From assembly GCA_963668355.1 (NCBI GenBank), contig OY764265.1:2112001-2176000 (forward strand): DNA of 64,000 bases. The letters run 5' to 3'. A model generated the notes under the pieces. The model was not told the origin of the DNA. It was given only the letters and a program-made list of their open reading frames with translations, and ran no database searches. Positions 10,127 to 19,992 of the stretch are shown one piece after another (positions within the stretch are counted from its first letter, which is position 1; the number at the start of each line of letters is the position of its first letter). Made by a program: the position numbers and the translations under genes. The DNA comes from Bdellovibrionota bacterium (GTDB taxonomy: Bacteria > Bdellovibrionota_G > JALEGL01 > DATDPG01).

Positions 10127-11521
10127 GTCAAAAGCTTCTTGAGCAGCTTGGTTGGCCGACTCAATGACGTCCGGCACGCCCACTCCTCGATAACCGTTTC
10201 CCACCAAGAAGAGTCCCTTGAACTCTTTTTTCAATCGATCCAGGTGATCCATGGTTTGCAGATGTCCCAAGGGGTATTGCGGCATGCAGCTTTTCCACTT
10301 GGCGAAGGAAACGCAAAGGGGTGGACCTTGAATGCCCAATATTTTTCTAAGTTCGGATTCAACGGTGGGAATGATTTCTTCTTTCGATCGCTCCATGAGT
10401 TCATGAAGAGGTTTCCCCCCCATAAAGGCTCTTAAGAGAACCGTGTTTTCGGGCGCCCGTTGTTCGAATTTTTGATGGCTGAATGAACAGGCCAATAGAT
10501 TTCGTTTTTCCAATTGGGGAATGACAAAGCCCATTCCATTTGGAACGTGATCGAGTTGAGATGTTTTGAATCCAAAATTGATCGTGATGGACGTTGAGTA
10601 GGAAATTCCATTCAAGATACTCGCCATTTCAGGAGATTCCGATTGGATGAGTTGAGCCGTTTGGTGAGCCGGTAGGGCCAACGTTAACCAGTCGGTTTCA
10701 TGGATTTGTCCATTGTCCAGCTTCACCATCCAGGTCCCCGAAGGGTTTCTTGCGAAAGATTGAATGGAAGTGTTGGAGTAGAGCGAAGAGGAAGGAATCC
10801 TTTTCAGCAGTTCTTGCACCAAGGTTTCCATACCTTCTTTGAAAGAAAGGAAGAGGCTGTAGCGAGGACCGCTGGCTCTGGCACGAAGGGTGTTCAAAAG
10901 TCCTCGTGTGACACTCCCATATTTTTGTTCCATTTGAATGAAGCGAGGCATGGTGGCTTGAAGGCTTAACTCTTCCGGGTCTGCGCTGTAGATCCCAGCC
11001 ACCAAAGGTTGAGCCATCCGATCCAAGAGTTCTTGCCCGAAACGTCTTTTGACAAAGGATCCCAACGTTTCGTCCTCATTTGATTTTCTTTTAGGGATGA
11101 ACAATTCGCAACCGGCACGGATTTTTCCGGGCCAGGTCATGAGAGGGCTTTTGATGAAAGGCCAGGGAGCGGTCGGGGCCATTAAATAAAAGCCTTCCGG
11201 AATCGAATGAAGACGACCCCTGTGTAAAATGAAGCTTCTTCGAAACTCCGTTCGTGTTTCTAGGAGCTGCTCTTCCAGTCCAAGTTCTTTAACCAGTCTC
11301 AGTCCCGCTGGTTTTTCCGAGATGAAGCAATCCGGACCTTTTTCGTGGAGGAAGCCATCTTTTTTTTGGCTTTCAATGACGCCCCCAAACCGAGAGCAGG
11401 CTTCAAAGAGTTTGATGTCGAGATCCAGTTCACGTTCTTTCGCCATTTTCTGCATTCGATGAACACAGGAAAGTCCGCCGATTCCCCCTCCCACCACAAT
11501 GGCGCGTATCTTCTTCGTCAT
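10115..11521 (-). CDS. hemY: Proto/coproporphyrinogen oxidase, HemY type
   Basis: GGGIGGL FAD motif, EKGPDCF, GIYSAD, MPQY, GVGVPD; downstream of hemE. Confidence 0.92.
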   Translation of the reverse strand: MTKKIRAIVVGGGIGGLSCVHRMQKMAKERELDLDIKLFEACSRFGGVIESQKKDGFLHEKGPDCFISEKPAGLRLVKELGLEEQLLETRTEFRRSFILHRGRLHSIPEGFYLMAPTAPWPFIKSPLMTWPGKIRAGCELFIPKRKSNEDETLGSFVKRRFGQELLDRMAQPLVAGIYSADPEELSLQATMPRFIQMEQKYGSVTRGLLNTLRARASGPRYSLFLSFKEGMETLVQELLKRIPSSSLYSNTSIQSFARNPSGTWMVKLDNGQIHETDWLTLALPAHQTAQLIQSESPEMASILNGISYSTSITINFGFKTSQLDHVPNGMGFVIPQLEKRNLLACSFSHQKFEQRAPENTVLLRAFMGGKPLHELMERSKEEIIPTVESELRKILGIQGPPLCVSFAKWKSCMPQYPLGHLQTMDHLDRLKKEFKGLFLVGNGYRGVGVPDVIESANQAAQEAFDLIR

Positions 11522-12555
11522 TAGCGATGACTCTTTTCGTGGACGAAATCGATGAGTCGAATGACATGATCCACCGGAGTGGAAGGAAGCACTCCGTGAG
11601 CTAAGTTAAAAATATGTCCGGGGCGGCCTTCCGCTTCATTTAAAATCCGCATGGCTTCTTTTTCAATTTCTTTGGGCGTGGTGAGAAGAATTTGGGGATC
11701 GAAATTGCCTTGAATGGCCACGTTTGGAAAATCTTCCATGGCTTGGCGTACGGATACATCTGAGTCAATCCCAACCACACTTGCCCCGATTTCAGTAGCG
11801 ATAAGGTTCAAGAGTTCTTTTGTTTTGGTTCCAAAGTGAATAATGGGCACTTCAGATGGAAGTGAAGCAATGAGGCGCTTGGTATGTGGAAGAACGTATT
11901 GGGAATATTCTTCCCGTGAGAGGAGTCCCACCCAACTGTCGAATATTTGAAGAGCTTGGGCTCCTCCTTGAACTTGGGAATTTAAATAAGACGCGGTGAG
12001 TGTGGTGATGTGAGACAAAAAAGTATTCCACTCTTCGGTTCTTTCCTGCATGAATGATCGTGTTCTGGAGAAGTCTTTCGAACTTCCACCTTCAATGGCG
12101 TACGCCGCAACCGTGAAGGGCGCGCCTGAAAATCCGATGACGGGCATTCGTTGGTTGAGTTCTCGTTTGGTTAGAGAGATCGCATCTTTTACAAAAGGAA
12201 GAGGATCATGAGGATGTTGGACAATTTCTTCCATCCGTTCCAAGTCTGAGGACCCAGAAAAAGGATTGGAGATGACGGGCCCTTTTCCTTCCACGTAGTC
12301 CAGGTCAAAGCCCAAGGGTTCAAGAATCAAGAGGATGTCTGAAAAAATGATGGCGGCATCGGGATTGATTTTGTTGACGGCGGTTAACGTTGCTTCACAA
12401 ACCAATTCCGGAGACTTGCAGAGCTGAAGAAAACTCACTTTTTGGCGAAGTTCTCGATACTCCTTCATGTATCGTCCGATTTGTCTCATTAGCCAAATGG
12501 GAGTGAAGGAGGTGGTCTCTCGTCGACAAGCTTTTAAAAATGCAAATTCATTCAC
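11521..12555 (-). CDS. hemE: Uroporphyrinogen decarboxylase
   Basis: PIWLMRQIGRY, IIFSDIL, QIFDSW, QGNFDP, HIFNLAHG. Confidence 0.97.
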   Translation of the reverse strand: MNEFAFLKACRRETTSFTPIWLMRQIGRYMKEYRELRQKVSFLQLCKSPELVCEATLTAVNKINPDAAIIFSDILLILEPLGFDLDYVEGKGPVISNPFSGSSDLERMEEIVQHPHDPLPFVKDAISLTKRELNQRMPVIGFSGAPFTVAAYAIEGGSSKDFSRTRSFMQERTEEWNTFLSHITTLTASYLNSQVQGGAQALQIFDSWVGLLSREEYSQYVLPHTKRLIASLPSEVPIIHFGTKTKELLNLIATEIGASVVGIDSDVSVRQAMEDFPNVAIQGNFDPQILLTTPKEIEKEAMRILNEAEGRPGHIFNLAHGVLPSTPVDHVIRLIDFVHEKSHR

Positions 12556-12772
12556 GGCTTGTCGGCGTAAACAATCTAGGGGGGTGTGTCAAATTCGAAT
12601 GCGACATTCCAGGGATGTGGTCCAAAATGCGACAAGTGCGACCCATTTTCCACATATAAAATGAAAAAAATGTGTAGATTTTACACTCCACTGTGATATT
12701 AATGTGACAAGGAGATAGGGGAATCCTAAAAAATTAGGAATTACTAACGCACTCCGGAAAGGGAGGATACCG

Positions 12773-14290
12773 GTGCGCAGGGGGATCTTTACACTAATTT
12801 TCGTAGCTACGTTTTCTGCAAACGCCTTTGCAGGAATCAACATGGTCAACAAATCGAGTGGGGGGCAGGCTTTGACAAGGGCCAATCAGGTTGCCGCTCG
12901 TTTTCTGGAGGATTTGCGTGTCGTCTACCAACTTCCAGATTCCAGTGACTTTGCTCGACAAGAGACCAAGGAGGCACTGGGACATTTTTGCATGAAATTC
13001 GCTCAGACTTTTCATTCCGTGGAGATTTTGGGCTCTGGCGCCACAATTTGTTTTGATCCATCTGGGGCAGAGCAAGATAGAAGCGAGGAGCTTTGCGCAG
13101 GAACTTGCCTGGATCGAGCCGTTGGTTCTTTGATCACGAAGGATATGGCGGCTGAGCAAGCAGAACGAAGGATGATCGAAGCTTTGGGAAGCGAATTTGG
13201 TCAAGTGGTGAGTGTAGATGTTCAAGAAGCCTGGATTGAACCCATGGCCGGACAAGGTTTGGTGGGTTCATATCTTGTTCACTTTGATACGAAACGGCAG
13301 GGGAGTCCTTTTCCTGAGGGCAAATACATTGCTTTTTTAGATGGAGTATCGGGAGAACTCTTGGGGGTTGAAAATCGCATCTTCCACAATATGGCCTTTG
13401 GAAATGTGTATTTGAAAGATCCAGCGACCACGCCGACACCTCAAATCATGGAGTTGAATCATTTGTTGAGCGTTGATCAGTTGGCCCACATCGACTTTCG
13501 AGTGGTGAATGAAGATGGCGAAAATGTGTCCTCCATGGATGGGGATTACATCTTCGGGCCGGAAGATCCTGAATTCGATGAAGTCCAAGCTTATTACTCT
13601 TTGGACTTTGCGATTAGCCGAATGGGCGACTGGGGATACATGCAAACCTTCCCTCAGATTCCGATCTACGTTCATTTTGGAGAGGGGATGTCCAATGCCT
13701 TCTATGATGGAATGAAGATCGTTCTCGGTGATGGCGACGGGGAGACGTACTTGAGCTTTGCACGAGACAATACGATTCTCACCCATGAATACGGTCATGC
13801 TGTGGTTGATCATTTGGCCGGAATTCGTGTGATCTCTGAGATGGGAGATGGTGGAGCCATTCATGAGGGGCAAGCCGATTATTTTGCTTGTGCCATTTAT
13901 GAAGATCCCGTTTTGGGTGCTGGGGTGATCGCTGATGGGACGCCGTTGCGTCGTTGTGACACGTTTCTTCCTTATGATGAAAAAGATGGCGAAAGCCATT
14001 TCTCCGGGCAAGTGTGGTCGGGAGCTCTTTGGGAGATTCGAACCATCTTAGGCGGGGAGCGTGTGGATCGGTTGGCCTTGCAGGCACTGATTCGTTTGGA
14101 GTCTACGGGCCCTTTTGGAACGACATACATGATGGACATGGTGGATGCACTTCTTTCGGCGAATGATGCGCTCTACGGGGGTGAAGACCAAGAAACCATC
14201 ATGGAAGTGTTCCGCTTGAGGGACTTTCCTTTGGAACCATCGTTTGTGGCAGCAGCCGCCGCAGACGGAGTTCCTTCTCCGATATTGTAA
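12773..14290 (+). CDS. Secreted thermolysin/fungalysin-like (M4/M36) zinc metallopeptidase
   Basis: Signal peptide, propeptide-like region, SNAFY, HEYGH, GAIHEGQADYF, GESHFSG; GGAGG RBS. Confidence 0.85.
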   Translation: MRRGIFTLIFVATFSANAFAGINMVNKSSGGQALTRANQVAARFLEDLRVVYQLPDSSDFARQETKEALGHFCMKFAQTFHSVEILGSGATICFDPSGAEQDRSEELCAGTCLDRAVGSLITKDMAAEQAERRMIEALGSEFGQVVSVDVQEAWIEPMAGQGLVGSYLVHFDTKRQGSPFPEGKYIAFLDGVSGELLGVENRIFHNMAFGNVYLKDPATTPTPQIMELNHLLSVDQLAHIDFRVVNEDGENVSSMDGDYIFGPEDPEFDEVQAYYSLDFAISRMGDWGYMQTFPQIPIYVHFGEGMSNAFYDGMKIVLGDGDGETYLSFARDNTILTHEYGHAVVDHLAGIRVISEMGDGGAIHEGQADYFACAIYEDPVLGAGVIADGTPLRRCDTFLPYDEKDGESHFSGQVWSGALWEIRTILGGERVDRLALQALIRLESTGPFGTTYMMDMVDALLSANDALYGGEDQETIMEVFRLRDFPLEPSFVAAAAADGVPSPIL

Positions 14291-14296
14291 GGAGGG

Positions 14297-14335
14297 GAGG
14301 GGAAGTCGTTTCATCCCCCGAGACGACTTTCCCTC
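14297..14335. terminator. Hairpin between the convergent peptidase and dnaE2 genes
   Basis: GAGGGGAAGTCGT...ACGACTTTCCCTC inverted repeat. Confidence 0.55.
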
Positions 14336-14351
14336 GTCGGAGATCTATTCA

Positions 14352-17300
14352 TTAATGAAAATCTCTGGAGTTTCGTGGCAAAACTTGAGATTGATTTCGG
14401 AGTATCTGAGGAAGTGGCCAAACCTGATGAGCCAGAACACTGATGGCCAATCCATCGCGTTGCAATTTTCCTTCAATGATTAAAAAAGGTTCTTGTGTGA
14501 GAATCTTTCGTGCTTTCGCATATTGATCTGGGCGGATGGCGATGTTTGTAAAACCGGTTTCATCTTCCAAGGTAAGAAAAACCATCCCCTTGGCCGTAGG
14601 AGGGGCTTGTCGAACCATTACCAAGCCCCCCACACGAATTCTTTTTCCATTGAGGTGAGTTTTTAATCTGTTTGATGGAATGACATGAAACTGATTCATC
14701 TCGTTTCGGAAAAGATGTGCGGGATGCATGAGTGTGGAAAGCCCCGTCGTTTGATAGTCCATCGCCACGGTTTCAGAGTCAGACAGTTTGGGAAATTGAG
14801 TGGAGGGTTCTTGAATGGGAATGCCTGCGTAAAGATCTCTTTTGCTAGAGACTCCTTTCAGATGCCAGAGTGCTTCACGCCGATGGGGTTCAAACCCTGA
14901 AAAAGCACCGCACGCGGTTAATCGAAAAAGTTCTTGTTGGGAAAAAGAGGTTTGATGAACAAAATTTTCTAAAGAAGCAAAAGGGGAACGCTCTCGTTCT
15001 TGCATCATTTTCATGACAGGGACTTTTCTCATATGCGAGACCAAGCGGAGTCCTAATCTCAAGCTTCCATTTTCCAATGTGCAATCCCACTCGGATGATT
15101 GAACGTCGATGGGGAGGATCTTAACTTGATGTCGTTTGGCGTCTTCAAGGATGGAGCGCGGTGAGTAAAATCCCATGGGTTGAGCGTTGAGTAAGGCGCA
15201 TGCGAAAGCCGCAGGATGATAACATTTTAAATAGGCTGAAGCGTAGACCAGCAAAGCAAAAGAGGCGGAGTGAGACTCGGGAAAACCGAACTCTCCAAAA
15301 CTTTTGATTTGTCCATAGATATGAAGCGCTTCACTTTCTGAGAGCCCGTTGTTTTTCATTCGGGCAACCATCTTTTTTTCCAAAGCTTGTAGATCTACAG
15401 AGTCTGATGTCCGCCAGATTCCCATGGCTCGGCGGAGTTCATCGGCCTCTCCGGGATTAAAGTCAGCAATGGCCACGGCAATTTTCATGACTTGTTCTTG
15501 AAAAAGAGGAACGCCAAATGTTTTTTTCAAGATGGGTTCTAAAGCGGGATGGGGATAGTGCGTTTCTTCTTCACCGCGTCTTCGTTTAAGGTAGGGATGC
15601 ACCATACCTCCTTGAATGGGGCCCGGACGGACAATGGCAACTTCAATGACCAGGTCATGGAAGTTGCGTGGCTTTAAGCGGGGAAGCATGCCCATTTGAG
15701 CACGAGACTCAATTTGAAAGACACCTACGGTATCAGCTTGGCAAATCATGTCATAAACGTTTGGGTCTTCTGAAGGAATCGTTTGAAGTGTGAGTTCCTG
15801 GGATGTGCTTTTTAGAATGAGGTCGAAACATTTTCGAATCGCTGTAAGCATGCCCAAGGCTAAGACATCTACTTTTAACATTCCGACGGCGGCCAGATCG
15901 TTCTTGTCCCATTGAATGATGGACCTTCCGGGCATGCGTGCAGGTTCAATGGGGACACTTTCCAAAAGAGGGTCCTTTGTGAGTACAAAGCCTCCTGTGT
16001 GAATGGAAAGATGACGGGGGAATCCTTCAATCTGCTGCGAAAGGGATAGAAGGTTTTGAGAAAATTGTGATTTGGGATTGATGCCTTGTTCGTTTAAAAA
16101 GCGTTCGTTGGGTTGATGGTGGTCTCTGCGATGGAAAGATTTTGAAATTCGATTGGCTTCCAAGTGAGCGATGCCCAAAGCTTTGGCCACTTCGCGTAGG
16201 GCAGAACGCTTGCGATAACGAACGACTTCGGCCACCATGCCCGCACGATTTCGCCCATATCTTTCATAAATGTATTGGATGATTTCTTCACGTCGTTCGT
16301 GTTCAAAGTCTACGTCAATGTCTGGGGGTTCTCCGCGCTCGGCCGAGATGAATCGTTCAAATAGAAGATTCATGCGAACAGGGTCGATGGAGGTGATGCC
16401 CAAAACATAGCAAACCGCAGAATTGGCAGCGGATCCTCTTCCTTGGCAGAGAATTCCCCGCTTGCGGGCAAATTGGACAATGTCCCAGATGGTTAAAAAG
16501 TAATCTTCAAAATGAAGTTGTTGAATGAGTTTCAATTCATGTTGAAGTTGCTTTTGAACATTTGTGGGAATGCCTTTGGGGTAGGTGTATTTGGCTCCCT
16601 GTTGAACCAATTCGGTTAAATACGTTTGTGTGCTTTTTCCAGAAGGAAGAAATTCGTCCGGATAAACATATGTCAATTCATCCAGAGAAAAATGACAGGC
16701 TTGAGCGATCTCAATAGATCGTTGAAGGGCTTCAGGATGATCTGAAAATATATGAGCCATTTCTTTGGGGGATTTGAGTCTTCGCTCTGCATTGCTAAAA
16801 AGAAGTTTTCCGGCTTTTTGGACGGTGGTGCGATGGCGAATGGCGGTGAGAACGTCTTGCAAAGGTTGTCGCTGGGGGTGGTGGTAATGAACATCATTGG
16901 TTGCAAGCAAGGGGATCTGATGTCGTCGAACTTGTTCGAGGGCTTCGATGCTCAGACGAACATCGCGTACTTCCAAGGTTCGGTGGAGAGCAATGGAAAG
17001 ACGTTCCTGAAAGATGTCTTTGGCTTTTCCTAGCTCTCGGCTTTCATACGGAGGTGGAAAGAGTGCGAAAAGATCTTGATGGTATATTTGCAAGTCTTCC
17101 CAAGTAATGAGGGGAGACGTTCCTTTGGGAACAGATCGTCCGATGGAAATGAGGCGACAAAGGTTTTTGTACCCCTCATGAGAGGCAGCCAAAAGAACGA
17201 GTGTGTGGTTGGCGAGGTTGAGCTCGCTGCCAATGATGAGTGGAAACGCTATTCTTTTTGCGGCTTGGTGGGTTCGAACGACTCCATAAACTCCATTGCG

Positions 17301-17441
17301 ATCTGTGATGGCAAGGGCGGAGAGCCCGACTTTTTGGGCTTTTTTGATAAGTTCTTCGGGGTGCGAGGCTCCTTCGAGAAAGCTGTAATTGCTTTTGCAA
17401 TGTAACTCTGCATAGGGAAGAGACTGTTGGGCGTGGGACAT
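14352..17441 (-). CDS. dnaE2: Error-prone DNA polymerase DnaE2 (ImuC)
   Basis: PHP domain, GRGSAANS, PPDIDVDF, C-terminal SRDFH DnaE2 signature. Confidence 0.96.
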   Translation of the reverse strand: MSHAQQSLPYAELHCKSNYSFLEGASHPEELIKKAQKVGLSALAITDRNGVYGVVRTHQAAKRIAFPLIIGSELNLANHTLVLLAASHEGYKNLCRLISIGRSVPKGTSPLITWEDLQIYHQDLFALFPPPYESRELGKAKDIFQERLSIALHRTLEVRDVRLSIEALEQVRRHQIPLLATNDVHYHHPQRQPLQDVLTAIRHRTTVQKAGKLLFSNAERRLKSPKEMAHIFSDHPEALQRSIEIAQACHFSLDELTYVYPDEFLPSGKSTQTYLTELVQQGAKYTYPKGIPTNVQKQLQHELKLIQQLHFEDYFLTIWDIVQFARKRGILCQGRGSAANSAVCYVLGITSIDPVRMNLLFERFISAERGEPPDIDVDFEHERREEIIQYIYERYGRNRAGMVAEVVRYRKRSALREVAKALGIAHLEANRISKSFHRRDHHQPNERFLNEQGINPKSQFSQNLLSLSQQIEGFPRHLSIHTGGFVLTKDPLLESVPIEPARMPGRSIIQWDKNDLAAVGMLKVDVLALGMLTAIRKCFDLILKSTSQELTLQTIPSEDPNVYDMICQADTVGVFQIESRAQMGMLPRLKPRNFHDLVIEVAIVRPGPIQGGMVHPYLKRRRGEEETHYPHPALEPILKKTFGVPLFQEQVMKIAVAIADFNPGEADELRRAMGIWRTSDSVDLQALEKKMVARMKNNGLSESEALHIYGQIKSFGEFGFPESHSASFALLVYASAYLKCYHPAAFACALLNAQPMGFYSPRSILEDAKRHQVKILPIDVQSSEWDCTLENGSLRLGLRLVSHMRKVPVMKMMQERERSPFASLENFVHQTSFSQQELFRLTACGAFSGFEPHRREALWHLKGVSSKRDLYAGIPIQEPSTQFPKLSDSETVAMDYQTTGLSTLMHPAHLFRNEMNQFHVIPSNRLKTHLNGKRIRVGGLVMVRQAPPTAKGMVFLTLEDETGFTNIAIRPDQYAKARKILTQEPFLIIEGKLQRDGLAISVLAHQVWPLPQILRNQSQVLPRNSRDFH

Positions 17442-18779
17442 TTAGTCGAAGTATCCATGTAAAAAAACTTTCGGCTTGTGTTGATTCAACGTTTTGTAAA
17501 TCCAGAGGTTTTGGCCTGAGGTGGTTTTGGCAATGAAGTAATCGCGAGCATGTTCTTTTTTGTCCCACCACTCGCCTTGAAGTCTCTCCGGTCCAATGAA
17601 AGAGGAAATGAAATATTCATCTTGAGATGAGCGAAGGATGGTTTTCCCTCCCTTCTTCTTGGCCACAAGGGGCTCGGGGGATGAAAGAAGAAGGGAGGGA
17701 CGGGGAGAGGAGAGTGTTTTGGGCGAAGTTTGTGTGAAAGAATGTGTTTCTTTTTTCGTTTGAAGAGGTTCAAAGGGAAGGCCCTTCCAGGATGCTTCCG
17801 GACGATACCTTTCTCTTAAGGCAGCAGCGGAAACCACGGAAGGTCCAAGTTTTGCGATCAGCCGACCCAGGAGTTCATCCAGCTGCTCACCTTGTTGTTC
17901 ATATGCATCAAATAGATGAAATTGGGTGTTTTGAATGCGGGCAGGGACAGAAATTTCGATGGAGAGCGCAATGAGCGGAGAAGTTAGAACAAGTGTGTTC
18001 AGTCGTTCGCGAAGAATTTGTGACAGGACTTTGGCGTTTCGAAGGGGTTTGTGAAGTCGAATGGAAATTTCGGTTTCTTCGGAATTTTCATCTTCTAAAA
18101 ACACAACCATCTCCAACGCGGCGTGGAGTTCTTTTTGCATTCGTTTTTCAAGAGAGGCCAAGAGGTTTTTTCCTGCAAAGAGGAGCGGTTCAAGTACGGC
18201 CGTTGGGTGCTCAAATTGAAAAGACTCTCGATACGTTAGATGTGGCGTGAATCCCCTTAAGGGGAGGGAGTTTTTTCCTCGTGCACGTTGGTGTAGGAGA
18301 ACTCCAAGTGCGCCAAACCGAGGTGCCATGGTGGAGGCTGGGATTCGAGCCATCTCGCCTAAGTTTCGAATGCCTAAGAGGGAGAGCGTGCGAATGATTT
18401 CCTCTGTGGATTTTTTCTCTTCCGTTGTGAGGGGTGAAAGTGGATTTGCAAGGAAAAGCAGGCTTTGCAAAGGAAGCTGAGAAAGGGAAATGGCAGATGT
18501 GTTCTTGCCATAACGGGCGAGTACGCCCGCTGTGGGTAAATTGTCTGCAACTGCAATGTAAGCCGAAATCTTTTCTTTCTGGAGTCTTTTGTGGAGAAAG
18601 GTCGCTGTGCCCTCTGCCCCTCCAAACAGGTGTTGTGTGGTGGTGATGTCTGCATAAATCATGTCGGGAGGTCGAACCCCAATATGGGGAGAGACGCACA
18701 GAAGAAGGTTTGCTAACTCATGAAGCGATTCTGTGGACAGAGCGTTGGGCAGGTTTAGGGCGAGAATATGTGTTTTCAT
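17442..18779 (-). CDS. imuB: ImuB, inactive Y-family polymerase accessory
   Basis: DITTTQHLFGG, beta-clamp-like QFHLF, RYRPE, RPSLLL, GPERLQGEWW...RDYF, C-terminal LHGYFD. Confidence 0.88.
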   Translation of the reverse strand: MKTHILALNLPNALSTESLHELANLLLCVSPHIGVRPPDMIYADITTTQHLFGGAEGTATFLHKRLQKEKISAYIAVADNLPTAGVLARYGKNTSAISLSQLPLQSLLFLANPLSPLTTEEKKSTEEIIRTLSLLGIRNLGEMARIPASTMAPRFGALGVLLHQRARGKNSLPLRGFTPHLTYRESFQFEHPTAVLEPLLFAGKNLLASLEKRMQKELHAALEMVVFLEDENSEETEISIRLHKPLRNAKVLSQILRERLNTLVLTSPLIALSIEISVPARIQNTQFHLFDAYEQQGEQLDELLGRLIAKLGPSVVSAAALRERYRPEASWKGLPFEPLQTKKETHSFTQTSPKTLSSPRPSLLLSSPEPLVAKKKGGKTILRSSQDEYFISSFIGPERLQGEWWDKKEHARDYFIAKTTSGQNLWIYKTLNQHKPKVFLHGYFD

Positions 18780-19332
18780 TTAAAGGGACCTCCACAAAAG
18801 TTTGAGAAAGATATTTACGACTTTTCAGGACAAATAATTTGAGCCCATATTCAGAACGCTCCACGCGAAAACAAGCAGCAATGGCATAAGATGAACGGGG
18901 CGAGTTGGGAGCGGGCATGAGGAGGATGGTTGTGCCTTGTTTTTCTGCAGCCAGTTGAAGACGACGCAGGAGGGCTTGTTTGGGGGAAAACTCTAAGGCC
19001 ATTACCAAGGGAAACAAACCGCTTCGCGCAATTTGCTCCAATGCCCAGAGACACTCTTCCATCTGTTTGGGACGAATCCAAAGAAGGTAGTGTAAATTCA
19101 CACCTTCATGATTGAGGCCGGGAGGGAATACGGTGCTTCCTTGGCTGATTAGGGCCACCCACTTTCGTTGCTGAGTTAAGTGAGCGGCTGTGCGCAAAGC
19201 CAGCGTTAGCTTGCCAGCACCGCGCTTTCCCTGCAGTTCCGTTAACGCTCCCCTGACCCATCCTCCTCCGAGAAAGTCGTCCAGGAGCCCGATGCCGGTC
19301 GTTTGCAAATTCTGGAAAGAGTTTGCCTCCAT
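18718..19332 (-). CDS. imuA: ImuA, RecA-like mutasome accessory
   Basis: TGIGLLDDFLGGGWVRGALTEL, LWALEQIARSG, RRLQLAAE. Confidence 0.88.
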   Translation of the reverse strand: MEANSFQNLQTTGIGLLDDFLGGGWVRGALTELQGKRGAGKLTLALRTAAHLTQQRKWVALISQGSTVFPPGLNHEGVNLHYLLWIRPKQMEECLWALEQIARSGLFPLVMALEFSPKQALLRRLQLAAEKQGTTILLMPAPNSPRSSYAIAACFRVERSEYGLKLFVLKSRKYLSQTFVEVPLNENTYSRPKPAQRSVHRIAS

Positions 19333-19344
19333 GAGAAGGATGAT

Positions 19345-19366
19345 ATACCATACATTTGTATGGTAT
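19345..19366. promoter_or_regulatory. Perfect palindrome, putative LexA operator
   Basis: ATACCATACA-TT-TGTATGGTAT between divergent imuA and lexA, overlapping the lexA ATG. Confidence 0.75.
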
Positions 19367-19971
19367 CAAGAGCTCTTACACAAATTCAGAAAGAAATTTT
19401 ACGTTTCATTGAGTCCGAGTTGGCGCAAGAGGGTTCTCCTCCTACGTTACGTGCCATTTGCGAACATTTCGGATTTCGAGCCATTGGGACCGTTCAAGAT
19501 CATTTGCGGGCACTCATTCAAAAAGGTTATTTGGAGAAGGAACCTGGAAAAGCTCGTGGGATCAAGTTATCCAAGCAGCGTTGGGCGGCATCGGCCAATG
19601 TTCCAATCTTTGGAACGGTGCCTGCGGGATCTCCGCAAGAGGCCTTCGAAGAAAACTTAGGCGCTGTCCCTTTCCCTTCTCACCTGGCTCAGAAAGGCGA
19701 ACTCTTTGCATTACGTGTGAGTGGTGAATCCATGCGTGATGCAGGAATCCACGATGGAGATTTGGTCATTGCTCGAAAGGAGCTTGATCCCAAACACGGA
19801 GAGATTGTGGTGGCTTTGGTGGAGGGGCAAGTCACGGTAAAGCGTCTGGAAAAACAAAGGGGAAGCGTTCGTTTACTTCCTGAGAATCCAGACTTTGAAC
19901 CCATTGAGGTTCGATCAAACGAAGATTGCATTCAAGGGAAGGTGATCTCTGTTCAACGTTATTATGAATAG
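19360..19971 (+). CDS. lexA: Transcriptional repressor LexA
   Basis: ALTQIQKEIL, PPTLRAI wHTH, VPAG cleavage site, GESM Ser, VTVKR Lys; ATG 19360 preferred. Confidence 0.95.
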   Translation: MVSRALTQIQKEILRFIESELAQEGSPPTLRAICEHFGFRAIGTVQDHLRALIQKGYLEKEPGKARGIKLSKQRWAASANVPIFGTVPAGSPQEAFEENLGAVPFPSHLAQKGELFALRVSGESMRDAGIHDGDLVIARKELDPKHGEIVVALVEGQVTVKRLEKQRGSVRLLPENPDFEPIEVRSNEDCIQGKVISVQRYYE

Positions 19972-19992
19972 CAAACGTACTTTTTTAAAAGA

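Noticed and set aside
10115..12555. hemH missing between hemE and hemY
   Set aside because: Ferrochelatase is often encoded elsewhere; cannot be judged from one window
12595..12655. Three TGCGAC direct repeats in the hemE/protease spacer
   Set aside because: Short and irregularly spaced; no sigma-54 promoter or cognate regulator identified
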